64,000 bases of DNA, from assembly GCA_043826565.1 (NCBI GenBank), contig JBDRPX010000004.1, positions 103,604 to 167,603 on the forward strand, in the 5' to 3' direction. Below are positions 9,101-24,100 of this stretch, in pieces. The notes below the pieces were generated by a model. That model worked only from the letters and a program-made list of their open reading frames with translations, was not told the origin of the DNA and did not search any database. Position 1 is the stretch's first letter. Every line of letters begins with the position of its first letter. This DNA is from Candidatus Omnitrophota bacterium. Lineage in GTDB: Bacteria > Omnitrophota > Gorgyraeia > B26-G9. The translations under genes and the position numbers were made by a program.

Positions 9101-12100
9101 ACAGAGATCGGATATAAGTGGACAATTCAGGATGTCGTGGGAATGGTGAGCCCGACTTGCCGTGTAAAAGTATATCAGGTTGGGAAATTAGCACAGGTGT
9201 ATAGCGAATCACAATATGATTTTAATGTTAAAGGTACTTTGAACTTAACCGCGCCGGATGGAGGAGAAACCTGGTATGTTGACCAGTTTGAAAGTATTAC
9301 CTGGACCAAAGGCGGAGATCTAGGAACTCTAAAACTTGCCTATTCAATTAACGGCGGTTCTGACGGGTATCCGGCGACGATCGCTACCAGTATAGATGCG
9401 GATGATCTTTCTTATCCTTGGCAGATCCCGGATGCTATTGGTACGCAGTTAAAAGTAAAAGCTATTCAGGAAACAGATACAACTACTAATGATGTATCCG
9501 TAGGGGTATTTACGATTAAAGGAAGATTTTCAATATCTGCTCCGGTGGGCGGCGAGACCTGGTATGTGGGAACTCAGGAAAATATTGGGTGGACCACTTA
9601 TGGCACCATTGATAAGGTAAATTTGTATTATTCTACTGACGGCGGCGGAACATTCGGTTCTACGATCGCTACCAATCTTACCAATGCCGAAGGATATCTG
9701 TGGACAATTCCGGACGCGATAGATAATGATATCAGAGTAAGAGTAGAAAGTTTCTATGATAATACAGTTGCTCATGAATCAACCGGTAACTTTACTATTA
9801 AAGGAAGAGTTTTTGTTACCGCGCCGAACGGCCCGGAAGAATGGCGGGTCGGAGCAACGGAAAATATTACCTGGACGGTGTATGGAGCTATTGGAAATGT
9901 GGAGATTCGATATTCCACTAACAGCGGTGCCAGCTATGATACAGTTATCGTAGCCAGTACTCCGGCATTGAACCAGACTTATGCCTGGACCAATATCCCG
10001 GATGAGATCGGCACAAGTTTAAAAGTGAAAATTACCAGTATCTCAGACGGTACAGTTAATGATGAGTCAGACGCTGATTTTGAATTAAAAGGGGTTTTAA
10101 CTTTAACCGCGCCTAATGGTGCTCAGATATGGAACGTTGGGAATTCCGAAAATATTACCTGGACTAAACAGGGAACTTTGGGGAATGTGGAACTGCGTTT
10201 TTCCACGGACAGCGGCGTGACTTTCCCGGTTGGCAATGTGATCGCGACCGGTGTAGCGGCAACCGCAACACCGCATCCCTGGACAATCCCGGATAAGATC
10301 GGAGATAAGCTGCGGGTAAGAGTTATGTTATTAAATGACCCGACAAATGTTTATGATGATTCTGATAATGATTTTGAGATCAAAGGTAAGTTGACATTGA
10401 CGGCACCGAACGGGCCGGAAGAGTGGGGAGTGGGGACAAGCCAGGCAATTACCTGGGCCCGTTTTGGAAGTATCGCGAATGTTAAACTGGAATATTCCAC
10501 CGACGGGGGCAATACATTTCCTAACACGATTACAGATTCAACAAGTGCTTCCGCGCAAACTTATAATTGGACGATTCCGGACGCGATCGGAACTTCTTTG
10601 CAGGTTAAGATCAGTGATGCATCAGATGGCGCGGTGAGTGATACTTCTGATGCTAGTTTTGAAATTAAAGGCCGCTTAATATTACTGCATCCGAACGGCG
10701 CGGAAACCCTGGCGGTAAATCAGCCTTATACTATTGACTGGACAACTTATGGAACGATCAATAAAGTAAATCTCTATTATTCAATTAACGGCGGAAGCAG
10801 TTATGACGCGAATATTGTTTTAGCTTTAAATAATACCGGAAGTTATGGCTGGACAATTCCGGATGCTATCGGTTCGCAATTGCGCGTAAAGATTAATAAT
10901 GATGATGATACAACAGTCGAAGATGTGTCAAACGGTGATTTTACGATCAAAGGTTCGGTAACCTTGACCGCGCCGAATGGCGGTCAAACCTGGATCGTTG
11001 ACGATTCTCAGAATATTAGTTGGAGCAAACAGGGAAGTATCGGAACGGTGCAATTGGATTATTCGACTAATGGCGGAACCAGTTATGATTTTAGTATTGC
11101 TGCCGGGGTGGCTTCCGGGGATCTAAGCAAAGCCTGGACAATCCCGAACGCGATCAGCAATAATGTGAAAGTAAAAATTACTCAGGAATCTGATACTTCA
11201 GTTAATGATGAATCAAACGCGGCGTTTGAAATTAAAGGTTCAATACTTGTTACAGCTCCCAATGGCGCGGAATCATGGTCTATCGGCGGGACTGAAGATA
11301 TTACCTGGATACGCCATGGAAGCATTGGAAATATTCAGATCCTTTATTCAACTGACAGCGGTTCGACTTATCCGTTTACAGTGACCGGTTCAACAGACTC
11401 TTCGACACAGACATACAGCTGGGTGAACATCGCGGATACTCCATCGACAACCTGCCGTGTAAAGATGACTAGTTTGTCGGATTCCTCGGTTACTGATGAC
11501 TCAAATTCTAATTTCCGGATCAGGGCAAATATTACTTTGACCGCACCGAATGGATTAGAGGAATGGATCGTCGGGACAACTGAAAATATCACCTGGACCA
11601 AAACCGGTTCAATTCCTAATGTAGCTTTGGAATATTCACTTAACAGCGGATCGACTTATCCCAAAGCGATCGTGACAACTTCCGGTGAAGCTTTAAGTTA
11701 TACATGGACGATCCCGGATGATATTAGCGGCCTGGTGAGAGTACAGATCAGAAATACATCGGATGCGACGGTATCAGATACTTCTAATGCTGATTTCAGT
11801 ATTAAAGGGTCAGTAACCATGGAAAGTCCTGACGGCGGAGAAGTCTATGTTGTCGGTTCAGCCTATGATATTGAATGGTCATATGTCGGATCAATTCCGA
11901 ATGTAAAACTGGAATATTCTATAAACGGCGGGTCGACATTTCCCTATGAGATCATCGCGTCTACTCCGGCAGTTGCTTTAGCTTATTCCTGGACTGTTCC
12001 GGATACAATTACCGGACAGTTGGTAGTGAAAGTTTCTGATGCTGTAGATTCAACAGTTGATGATGATTCTGATGCTTATGCAAAGATCAGAGGTTCTTTA

Positions 12101-15100
12101 ACAATTACTTCGCCGAATGGAACAGAATCTTGGATAATTGATGATATCCATGCGGTTACCTGGACCAGGACCGGTTCCCTGGGGAATGCAAAGCTGGAAT
12201 ATTCCACTGATGCCGGAGCAACTTATCCGAATGTAATTATCGGTACGATCGCGACGAATCTTTTAACGCATAATTGGACGGTTCCGGATGATCCTTCTAT
12301 CCAGGTTAAGGTAAAGATTACCAGTCTAGATGATTCTACGGTTACGGATTCTTCAAATGCCAATTTTACAATTAAAGGCAGTTTAAATTTAACCGCGCCG
12401 GACGGCCCGGAAACCTGGATCGTGGGTACGACCGAAGCGATTACCTGGACTAAATTAGGTTCCTTAAATCTGGTAACATTGGAATATTCAACTAATGGCG
12501 GAACAACTTATCCGAATGTAATTAATAATTCGGTATCCGCGGCAGCTTTATCTTATAATTGGCTGATCCCGGATGTGATCGGAACACAATTAAGAGTGCG
12601 GATTACCAGTAATGATAATGCGTCGGTAACAGATGTTTCCGCGGCTAATTTTGAAATTAAGGGATCTGTTACATTAACCGCGCCGAATGGTTCAGAAATT
12701 TGGTTTGTCGGTGAATCACGTAATATTACCTGGACGCATAATGGCGCGATCGGTAATGTAAGTTTGAAATATTCTACAGACGGCGGCAGTACCTATCCGA
12801 CGACAATTACTACCGGTGTAGCGGCAACAAATCTCACCTATGGCTGGACAGTTCCGGATAATATCGGTACTCAATTAAGAGTAGAGATCACTTCAGTTAA
12901 TGATTCAGCAGTAACTGATGAATCGAATAATAATTTTACGATCAAAGGAATTTTGCTCTTAACCTCTCCGAATGGCACAGAGGAATGGATCGTGGGATCT
13001 TCGCATAATATTACCTGGAACAGAACCGGATCAATTGCCAATGTGAAACTGGAATATTCAACCGACGGCGGTACTTCTTATCCGAATGAAATTATTGCCT
13101 CTACTGATGCGGCTGCTGGGAGTTATGGGTGGACTATCCCGGATTCAATTGATACGGATATTAGGGTAAGAGTTTCTGATGCTTTGGATTCTTCGGTAAA
13201 CGATTCTTCAAATGCTAATTTTACGATTAAAGGATCAGTTACACTAACTGCGCCGAATGGGGCAGAAAACTGGGTGGTTGCTTCTCATGAGAATATTACC
13301 TGGACCAAGACCGGGACGATCCCAACCGTAGAACTGCGCTATTCATTAAACGGCGGGACAAGTTATGATACAGTTATTAATGCCACGGTAACCGGATCGA
13401 ATTTAACTTATGATTGGACAATTCCGGATGATATTTCCGCTACGGTAAAATTAAAAATAACCAATAATAATGACTCAACAGTTTATGATACCTCCAATGC
13501 TAATTTCAAGATCATCGGTAATTTAGTGGTTGTCGCGCCTAATGGAACAGAAGAATGGGTTGTGGGAACATCTGAGAATATTACCTGGACAAGAACCGGA
13601 TCAATTGCCAATGTAAAGATCGATTATTCAATTAACAGCGGTTCAACATATCCGAACGCGGTAGTGGCTTCTACCGGAGCTGCGGGTTTAAGTTATGGCT
13701 GGACAATTCCGAATTCAGTATATAAAACAATTCGGGTGCGGGTTGCAGATGCCTCAGATGTAAATGTTTATGATGTTTCCAATGCTGATTTTACGATCAT
13801 GCCGGGTTTTCAAATTACCGCGCCGAATGGTTCGGAAGTATGGACTGTAGCAAATTCCGAGGATATTACCTGGATAACAACCGGTTCATGTACAAATGTA
13901 AAACTGGGATATTCAACTAATTCCGGGTCTACTTACACAGACATCATTGCTTCTACGCCCAATACAGAAACATATGGCTGGACAATTCCGGATGATTTAT
14001 CTATATCTTGTAAAGTTAAAGTTACTGATGTAGATAATGCTAATGCGCAGGATGAAACTAACGGTTTATTTAAAATTCGCGGGAACTTAACTATTACTGT
14101 GCCGAATGGTGCAGAATCCTGGGATGTGGCGGATGTCGAGAATATTACCTGGACGAGATTCGGTAGTATTGCTGCGGCAAAATTGGAATTATCCAAAGAC
14201 GGCGGAAGCACATATCCGGTTTTGATCATTGCGTCTACAGATGCTTCTTTGCTGACTTATGCGTGGACGATCCCGGATCAGTTGACAACTCAAGGAAGAA
14301 TAAAAATAACCAATACTGCGGACTCAACGGTATATGACGTATCCAATGCGAACTTTGCGATCAAGGGTGCGGTAACTTTAGCTGCGCCGAATGGCGGCCA
14401 GGATTTGGTAGTCGGCAGTGCGTATAATATTACCTGGACACGTTTCGGTTCAATTTTAAATGTAAAACTTGAATATTCAACTAATGGCGGTACAACCTAT
14501 CCGAATCTGATCATTGCGGCAACAGACGCGACTACGGAAACTTACGGCTGGGGGATCCCGGATGCTATCGGTTCGCAATTAAGAGTAAGGATAACGGACG
14601 TAGATAATTCTTTAGTGTCTGATACTTCGGATGCTAATTTTTCAATTAAAGGCGCATTGGAATTGACTGCGCCGGTTGGCGGAGAAATATGGTTTGTTAA
14701 TAATATTGAAGCTATAACCTGGACGCGTACCGGATCAATTGCTAATGTGAAACTGGAATATTCTACAGACGGCGGATCAACCTATCCGAATACAATCGCG
14801 GCAACGGTAACTGCGTCTTTACAGACTTATGCTTGGACAATCCCGGATGCTATCGGTTCTCAGTTAAGGGTAAAAATTACCGATACTTCCAATGCTACGG
14901 TAACTGATGAATCCGGCAGTAATTTCTATATTAAAGGAAAGCTGACTCTGAGTGCACCGAACGGCGGACAGACCTGGGTCGTCGGTGAATTGCGGAACAT
15001 TACCTGGGTACGTACCGGAAGTATTGCGAATGTGAAACTGGATTACTCTACTGACGCTGGCACAACTTATCCGAATGCTATTATCGCTTCTACCGATGCT

Positions 15101-18100
15101 TCTACCGGAACTTATGGCTGGACAGTAGCTGACGCGATCGGTACAAGTTTAAAGGTAAGAGTTGAAGATGCAACGGACAATACAGTAAGTGATGTGTCTG
15201 ATCTGGTATTTGAGATAAAGGGATCGTTAGTGTTGACCGCGCCCAACGGCGGTCAGTCATGGGTTGTTGATACAAGTGAAAATATCACCTGGACTAAGAC
15301 CGGAACTATTCCGCTGGTAACTTTGGAATATTCAGTGAACGGCGGATCAAGTTATGATACGGTAATTAATAATTCTGTAACCGGATCAGACTTGACTTAT
15401 GCGTGGACAATACCGGATTCGATTGGAGCAACTGTAAAGGTAAGAATAACAAATAATGATGACGGTACTGTTTATGATACCTCAAATGCAAATTTCAAGA
15501 TTATCGGTGCTTTGGCAGTAACTGCTCCGAATGGAACAGAAGAGTGGGTAGTAGGCACATCTGAGAATATAACCTGGACCAGAACCGGAAGTATTGCCAA
15601 TGTAAAAATCGATTATTCGATCAACAGCGGTGCAACATATCCGAACGCGGTTGTGGCTTCTACCGGAGCGGCCGGATTAAGTTATAGCTGGACGATCCCG
15701 AATTCAGTATATAAGACTATCAGGGTAAAAGTAGCGGACGCTTCAGATGTAAATGTTTATGATGTTTCCAACGCTGATTTTACGATCATGCCGGGTTTTG
15801 CGATTACCGCGCCTAATGGCGGAGAAGTCTGGTCAGTATCAGATTCGGAAGATATCACCTGGATAACTACCGGTTCATGTACAAATGTAAAACTGGAATA
15901 TTCGACAAACAGCGGTTCTACGTACACAGATATTATTGCTTCTACGCCCAATACAGAAACATATGGCTGGACGATCCCGGATAATTTATCCATATCCTGT
16001 AAAGTCAGGATATCCGATGTAGATAATCCTAATGCCATAGATACAACTGACGGATTATTTAAAATTCGCGGAGCTTTAACTTTGACCAGTCCGAATGGTT
16101 TTGAATCCTGGGATGTGGCCAGTGTTCATAATATTACCTGGGCCAGATTCGGTAGTGTTGCTAATGTTAAATTAGAACTATCAAAAAATTCCGGTTCAAC
16201 TTATCCTGTTTTGATTATTGGATCAACTGATGCTTCAATATTGAGTTATTCATGGACAATTCCGGATCAATTGACGACACAGGGAAGAGTTAAGATAACG
16301 GATACTTCAGATTCAACAGTATTTGACAGCTCAAATGATGATTTTGGTATTAAAGGTGCGGTAACTTTAACCGCGCCCAACGGCGGACAAGATCTAGTGG
16401 TCGGCAGTGCGTATAATATTACCTGGACACGTTTCGGTTCAGTTCTTAATGTAAAACTGGAGTATTCAACTAATGGCGGTACAACCTATCCGAATCTGAT
16501 CATTGCGGCAACAGACGCGACCACCGGAACCTATGGCTGGGGTATCCCGGATGAGATTGGTTCTCAATTAAGAGTGAAAATTACTGATGCGGCGAATTCC
16601 CTGGTTTTTGATACTTCAGATGCAAACTTTAGCATTAAAGGTAATCTGCTTTTAAATACACCTAATGGCGGAGATATTTGGTTTGTTAATAATATTGAAA
16701 ATATAACCTGGACGCGTACCGGATCAATTGCTAATGTGAAGTTGGAATATTCAACTAATGGCGGCAGTACTTATCCGAATACAATCGCGGCAACTGTAAC
16801 AGCTTCTTTACAAACTTATGCCTGGACAATCCCGGATGCGATCGGTTCTCAGTTAAGGGTAAAAATTACCGATACTTCTAATTCTACGGTAACTGATGAG
16901 TCTAATGCAGATTTTTATATTAAAGGAAAGCTGGTAGTGAATGTGCCTAATGGCGGGCAGACCTGGATCGTCGGTGAATCCCGCAATATTACCTGGACGC
17001 GGACCGGTTCAATCGCCAATGTAAAACTTGATTATTCTACTGACGCTGGCACAACGTATCCGAATGTTATTATCGCTTCTACAGATGCTTCTACCGGAAC
17101 TTATTCCTGGACTGTACCGGATGCGATTGGAGCTAATTTAAAAGTTAGAGTTGAAGATGCAACGGATAATACAGTCGTTGATGTGTCGGATGCGGTTTTT
17201 GAGATTAAAGGCTCTTTAACCTTAACCGCGCCCAATGGCGGACAGTCATGGGTTGTTGATACAAGTGAAAATATCACCTGGACTAAGACCGGAACAATTG
17301 CCAATGTGGAATTGCGATATTCAATTGACGGAGGAACAGGATATGATTATGTGATCATTGCTTCAACGCCGGGTGCTAATTTAACTTATGCTTGGACAAT
17401 TCCGGATGATATTGGAGCAACAGTAAAAGTGAAGGTTACGGATGTAAGTGATTCTTCTGTATACGATACCTCAAATGCAAATTTCAAGATCGTGGGTGCT
17501 TTGGCAGTAACTGCTCCGAATGGAACAGAAGAGTGGGTAGTAGGCACATCTGAGAATATAACCTGGACCAGAACCGGAAGTATTACCAATGTAAAAATCG
17601 ATTATTCGATCAACAGCGGGGCAACATATCCGAACGCGGTTGTCGCTTCTACCGGAGCCGCGGGATTAAGTTATAGCTGGACGATCCCGAATTCAGTATA
17701 TAAGACCGTCAGGGTAAGAGTAGCGGATGCGTCAGATGTAAATATTTATGATGTTTCCGATGCAAATTTTACAATCATGCCTTCTTTTGCGATCACCGCG
17801 CCTAACGGCGGAGAAGTCTGGGATGTTGCCTCATCGAGAGATATTGAATGGACAACTACCGGTGATTGTACAAATGTAAAACTGGAATACTCAGTTAATT
17901 CCGGGTCGACTTATACAGATATAATAGCTTTAACGCCGAATACAGAAATCTATTCCTGGACAATTCCGGATAATTTATCCATATCCTGTAAGATCAGGAT
18001 ATCTGATGTGGATAATACTAATGCCATAGATACAACTGACGGATTATTTAAAATTCGCGGAGCTTTAACCTTAACCGCACCGAATGGATTTGAATCCTGG

Positions 18101-21100
18101 GACGTGGCAGATGTAGAGAATATTACCTGGACGAGATTCGGTTCGGTAGCTAATGTTAAGCTGGAACTTTCTAAAGACAGCGGCAGTACTTATCCGGTAA
18201 TGATCATCGCTTCCACCGATGCATCTTTGCTGACCTATGCCTGGACAATTCCGGATGAGTTAACCACAACCGGACGTGTAAAAATAACCAGTACTGCGGA
18301 TTCTACGGTACTGGACAGCTCAAATAATAATTTTGCGATCAAAGGGTCATTACTTTTAACCGCGCCCAATGGAGCAGAAGAATTAGTCGTAGGTAATGCG
18401 TTTAATGTTACCTGGAACCGCTTTGGCTCGATTATGAGTGTAAAACTGGAATATTCAACTAATAGCGGAACAACTTATCCGAATCTGATTATCGCGGCTA
18501 CGGACGCGACCACCGGAACCTATGGTTGGGGCGTACCGGATGATTTAAGTATCACAGTAAGAGTAAAAGTATCGGATGTGGATAATGCGCTTGTCTATGA
18601 TACCTCAGATGCTAATTTTATAATTAAAGGCTCTTTAACCTTAACCGCGCCTAACGGCGGAAACATTTGGTTTGTTAATGATGTGCAGAATATTACCTGG
18701 ACCAAGACCGGATCAATTGCGAATGTAAAATTAGAATATTCAACTGACGCAGGCAGCACATATCCGAATACAATTGCGGCAACAGTTGATGCGGCATTAG
18801 GAACACCGTATGCGTGGACAATACCAGACGCGATTGGTTCGCAGTTAATGGTAAAAGTAACCGATACTTCTAATGCTACGGTGACTGATGTTTCCAACGG
18901 CACTTTCTATATTAAAGGAAAGCTGGTTTTAAACGCGCCTAATGGCGGGCAGGTATGGGTTGTTGGCGAATCCCGCAGTATTACCTGGACGCGGACCGGA
19001 TCAATTTCTAATGTAAAGCTGGATTACTCTACAGACGGCGGCACAACTTATCCGAATGCTATTATCGCTTCTACAGATGCTTCTACCGGAACTTATGGCT
19101 GGACAGTAGCGGATGCGATCGGAGCCAGCTTAAAGGTAAGAGTATCAGACGCGGCGGATTCAACGGTCAATGATGTAAGTGACGCGGTATTTGAAATAAA
19201 AGGATCGATATTATTGACTGCGCCTAATGGCAGTGAAGTCTGGGAAGTGAATTCCGTACAGAATATTACCTGGACCAAGACCGGTACGATTCCTACGGTT
19301 GAATTAAGATATTCGAAAAATGCCGGAACAAGTTATGACTATATTATAAACGCGTCAGTAAGCGGCGCGGCTTTAACTTATGCCTGGACTGTACCGGATG
19401 AAATCGGTGCGACTACCCGGGTGAGGATAACTAACAATGACGATACCAGCGTATACGATACTTCTAACAGCAATTTCAAGATAGTTGGTGTTCTGGTAGT
19501 CACATCGCCGAACGGCGGGCAGGAATGGGTAGTAGGTACATCGCAGAACATCACCTGGACGCGCACCGGGTCAATCGCCAACGTGAAGATCGATTATTCG
19601 ATTAACAGCGGCAGTACATTCCCGCTGGCAGTAGTGGCATCGACACCGGCTGCCGGGTTAAACTACGCTTGGACCATCCCGAATTCCGTGTACAAGACGA
19701 TTCGGATAAGAGTAGCGGATGCTTCAGACGTGAGTGTTTATGACGATTCGAATGCTGATTTTACGATAATGCCGGCATTTAACATTACGGCGCCGGACGG
19801 CGGAGAAGTATGGGATGTCGCGTCTTCTCAGGATATTACCTGGGCGACTACTGGCTCCTGTACTAATGTGAAACTGGAATACTCAGTGAATTCCGGGTCG
19901 ACATATAATGAAATAATTGCTTCCACGCCGAATACCGAATTGTACGCGTGGACTATCCCGGATAATTTGTCGATATCCTGCAAAATCAGGATCACGGATG
20001 TCGATAACCCCAACGCGCAGGACGCGACCACCGGGTTATTTAAAATTCGCGGAGCTTTAACCTTAACCGCACCGAATGGATTTGAATCCTGGGATGTGGC
20101 GAGCGTACATAATATTACCTGGACGAGATTCGGTTCAGTAGCTAATGTTAAGCTGGAACTTTCTAAAGACAGCGGCAGCACCTATCCGATAATGATAATT
20201 GCGTCAACAGATGCATCTTTGCTGACCTATGCCTGGACAATTCCGGATGAGTTAACCACAACCGGACGTGTAAAAATATCCAGTACCGCGGATTCATCGG
20301 TACTGGACAGCTCAAATAATGATTTTGCAATTAAAGGTGCGGTGACAGTAACCGCGCCCAACGGTGGACAAGATTTGGTTGTGGGCAGTGCCTATAATAT
20401 AACCTGGACCAGGTTTGGTTCAATTATGAATGTAAAACTGGAATACTCAACTAATAGCGGAACAACCTATCCGAACCTGATCATTGCGGCAACAGACGCA
20501 ACCACCGGAACCTATGGCTGGGGCGTACCGGATGATCTTTCTACTACAGTACGGATAAAGGTAACTGATGCAGGTAATGCCTTGGTTTTTGATTCTTCAG
20601 ATGCTGATTTTACGATTAAGGGTTCCTTAACTTTAACCGCGCCCAACGGCGGGAACATTTGGTTTGTTAATGATGTGCAGAATATAACCTGGACTAAGAC
20701 CGGTTCTATCCCGACCGTGAAACTGGAATACTCAATTGACGGAGGATCAACATATCCGAATATGATCGCGGCCACAGTTGACGCGGCTTTGGGAACTCCG
20801 TATGCCTGGACGATTCCGGATGCGATTGGTTCTCAATTAATGGTAAAAGTGACGGATACCTCTAATTCATCAGTAACCGATGTTTCTAATAGTACCTTCT
20901 ATATTAAAGGAAAGCTGACTTTAACTGCGCCCAACGGCGGGCAGACCTGGATAGTTGGTGAATCCCGCAGTATTACCTGGTCAAGGATTGGGTCGATTGC
21001 TAATGTAAAAATAGATTACTCCACAGATAGCGGAACAACTTTCCCGAATGCAATAGTTGCCTCTACAGATGCTTCTACTGGAACTTATTCCTGGACAGTA

Positions 21101-24100
21101 GCTGATGCGATCAGCACGACTTTGAAAATTCGGGTATCGGATGCTTCGGACAGCACGGTCTATGATGATTCCAATGCTGATTTTGAAATTAAGGGTTCCT
21201 TAACTTTGACCGTGCCTAATGGCAGTGAAGTATGGACAGTAAATTCTGTACAAAACATCACCTGGACCAAAACTGGTACAATTTCCAATGTGGAGTTAAG
21301 ATATTCAAAAGACGGCGGATCTGCGTATGATTATGTGATTATTGGCTCAACTCCAGGTGCTGATTTAAGTTATGCCTGGACCATCCCGGATGATATTTGT
21401 TCGACAACAAGAGTTAAAATTACGGATGTAAGTGACGCGGCGGTATATGATAATTCCAATTCCAACTTTAAGATCGTGGGTGCTTTTGGGGTAACTACAC
21501 CTAATGGGGGTCAGGAATGGGTTGTTGGAAAAACCGAAAGCATTGTTTGGATAAGGACCGGTTCGATTGCTAATGCCCGCATTGAATATTCGATTAATTC
21601 CGGAACTGCGTACGGCAATCTGGTAATTGCGTCTACTCCGGCAGCCGGGTTAAGTTACGGATGGACACTACCCAATGCCGTGTATAAAACGATCAGAATT
21701 AAAGTAATGGATGCATCGGATATAAGTGTGTTTGATACTTCGGATGCTGATTTTACAATTATGCCGGAATTTACAATTACTTCCCCGGATGGCGGAGAAG
21801 TATGGGATGTAAATTCATCGGAAGATATTACCTGGAGCACTACCGGTGACTGTACAAATGTAAAATTGGAATATTCGGTCAATTCCGGTTCAACATACAC
21901 AGATATAATTGCTTTGACACCGAATACGGAAACTTATGCCTGGACAATTCCGGATAATTTATCCATATCCTGTAAGATCAGGATATCTGATGTGGATAAT
22001 CCTAATGCGATAGATACAACTGACGGATTATTTAAGATCCGCGGGGCTTTAACTTTGACCAGCCCGAATGGTTTTGAATCCTGGGATGTGGCGGATATCG
22101 AGAATGTAACCTGGACGAGATTTGGTTCGGTAGCTAATGTAAAACTGGAACTTTCTAAAGACAGCGGCAGTACTTATCCGGTTCTCATAATCGCTTCTAC
22201 AGATGCGTCTTTACTGACCTATGCCTGGACGATTCCGGACCAGCTGACAATTAACGGAAGAGTGAAAGTAACCAGTACTGCGGATTCCACGGTATTTGAC
22301 CGTTCGGATGCTGATTTTGCGATCAAAGGTGCTTTGTTGTTAACCGCGCCTAATGGCGGAGAAGAATTAGAAGTAGGAGTGCCGACAACAGTTACCTGGA
22401 ATCGTTTTGGTACGATCCTTAATGTAAAGCTGGAATATTCAACTGATGCCGGTTTGACGTTCCCGGGATTAATTATCGCGGCAACTCCTGCCGGTACAGG
22501 CAGTTATGTCTGGTCAGTGCCGGATGCGCTTTCTCCGGAAGTCAGAGTTAAAGTTACTGATGTGGCTAATTCCTTAGTTTTTGATACTTCTGATGCTGAT
22601 TTGACGATCAAGGGTAAATTAACTGTGGGCGGTCCTAATGGCGGAGAAGTGTGGTTTGTTGGTGAATCACGCAATATTACCTGGATCAGAAGCGGTTCTA
22701 TTCCCACAGTAAAACTGGAATATTCAACAAACGGCGGAGCAACTTATCCGAATATGATCGCTCCATCATATGATGCGTCTTTACTGAGTTATTCCTGGAC
22801 GGTTCCGGATGCGATTAGTATTCAGATAAGAGTTAAAGTTACGGATATCGCGAATACTACGGTTGCGGATAGTTCCAATGGCGACTTTACAATTAAAGGT
22901 TCATTGATTTTAACCGCGCCCAATGGCGGAGAAGAATGGGTTGTAAACGCGGTACAGAATATAAGCTGGAACCGGACCGGAAGTATTCCGACAGTGAAAC
23001 TGGAATACTCAACTGACGCGGGTTCAACTTATCCAAATACGATTATTGCTTCGACAAGTGCTGCGACCGGCCTTTATGCCTGGACTATCCCGGATGCGAT
23101 TGGAACACAGCTTCGCGTTCGTATATCGGATACATCGGATGCTACGGTAATGGATACATCAAATCTGAATTTTATTATTCGCGGTGTATTGCTTTTGACC
23201 GCGCCTAATGGCGGAGAAGCTTGGCAGATAGCTACGAGTAAAAATATTACCTGGAGCAGAACCGGTTCAGTTGGTTTTGTTAAGCTGCAATATTCACTTG
23301 ACGGCGGAGTAACTTTTCCGACGACAATTATTGCTTCTACCGATGCTTCTACCGGAACTTATGCCTGGACTATTCCTGATAACCCCTGTACAACAACAAA
23401 AGTAAAGATTAGTGATGCTTCAGACAGTGTTGTCGCGGATATTTCTGATGTAAATTTCAAAATAATCGGTGATTTGACTCTAACTACGCCGGTTGGTACG
23501 GAACAGTGGGTAATTGGCGGTCCGCAGAGAAAAATTTCCTGGACCATGGTGGGATCAATTGCCAATGTTAAATTAGAATATTCAATTAACAGCGGAGCAA
23601 GTTATGATTACCTGATCAATGCTTCTACTCCGGCTGGTGCTTTAGAATATTACTGGACCATTCCGGATACAGCAACGACTACCGCGAGAGTAAAAATAAC
23701 CGATGCTTCAGATATTAGTGTCGGAGATACCTCGCCGGCTGATTTTAGTATTCAGGCTGATTTTACGATCACCGCGCCCAATGGCGCAGAAGTTTGGATC
23801 GTTGGAGATTCTGAAGATATTACCTGGGGAACAGTAGGATCAGTAGGCAATGTAAAACTGGCATACTCAACTGACGGCGGCGCGACTTATCCGAATGTAA
23901 TTATTGCTTCGATTGGAAATACCGGTACATACGGCTGGACAATTCCGGACGCATTATCGGCAACTGTAAGAGTGAAAGTTTCTGATGTTAATGATGCTCA
24001 GGCTTTTGATGATTCGGATGTAAACTTTAAGATCAGAGGCGACTTGGTATTAACCGCGCCTAATGGCGGAGAAACCTGGATAGTTGCTTCCAGTCACAAT

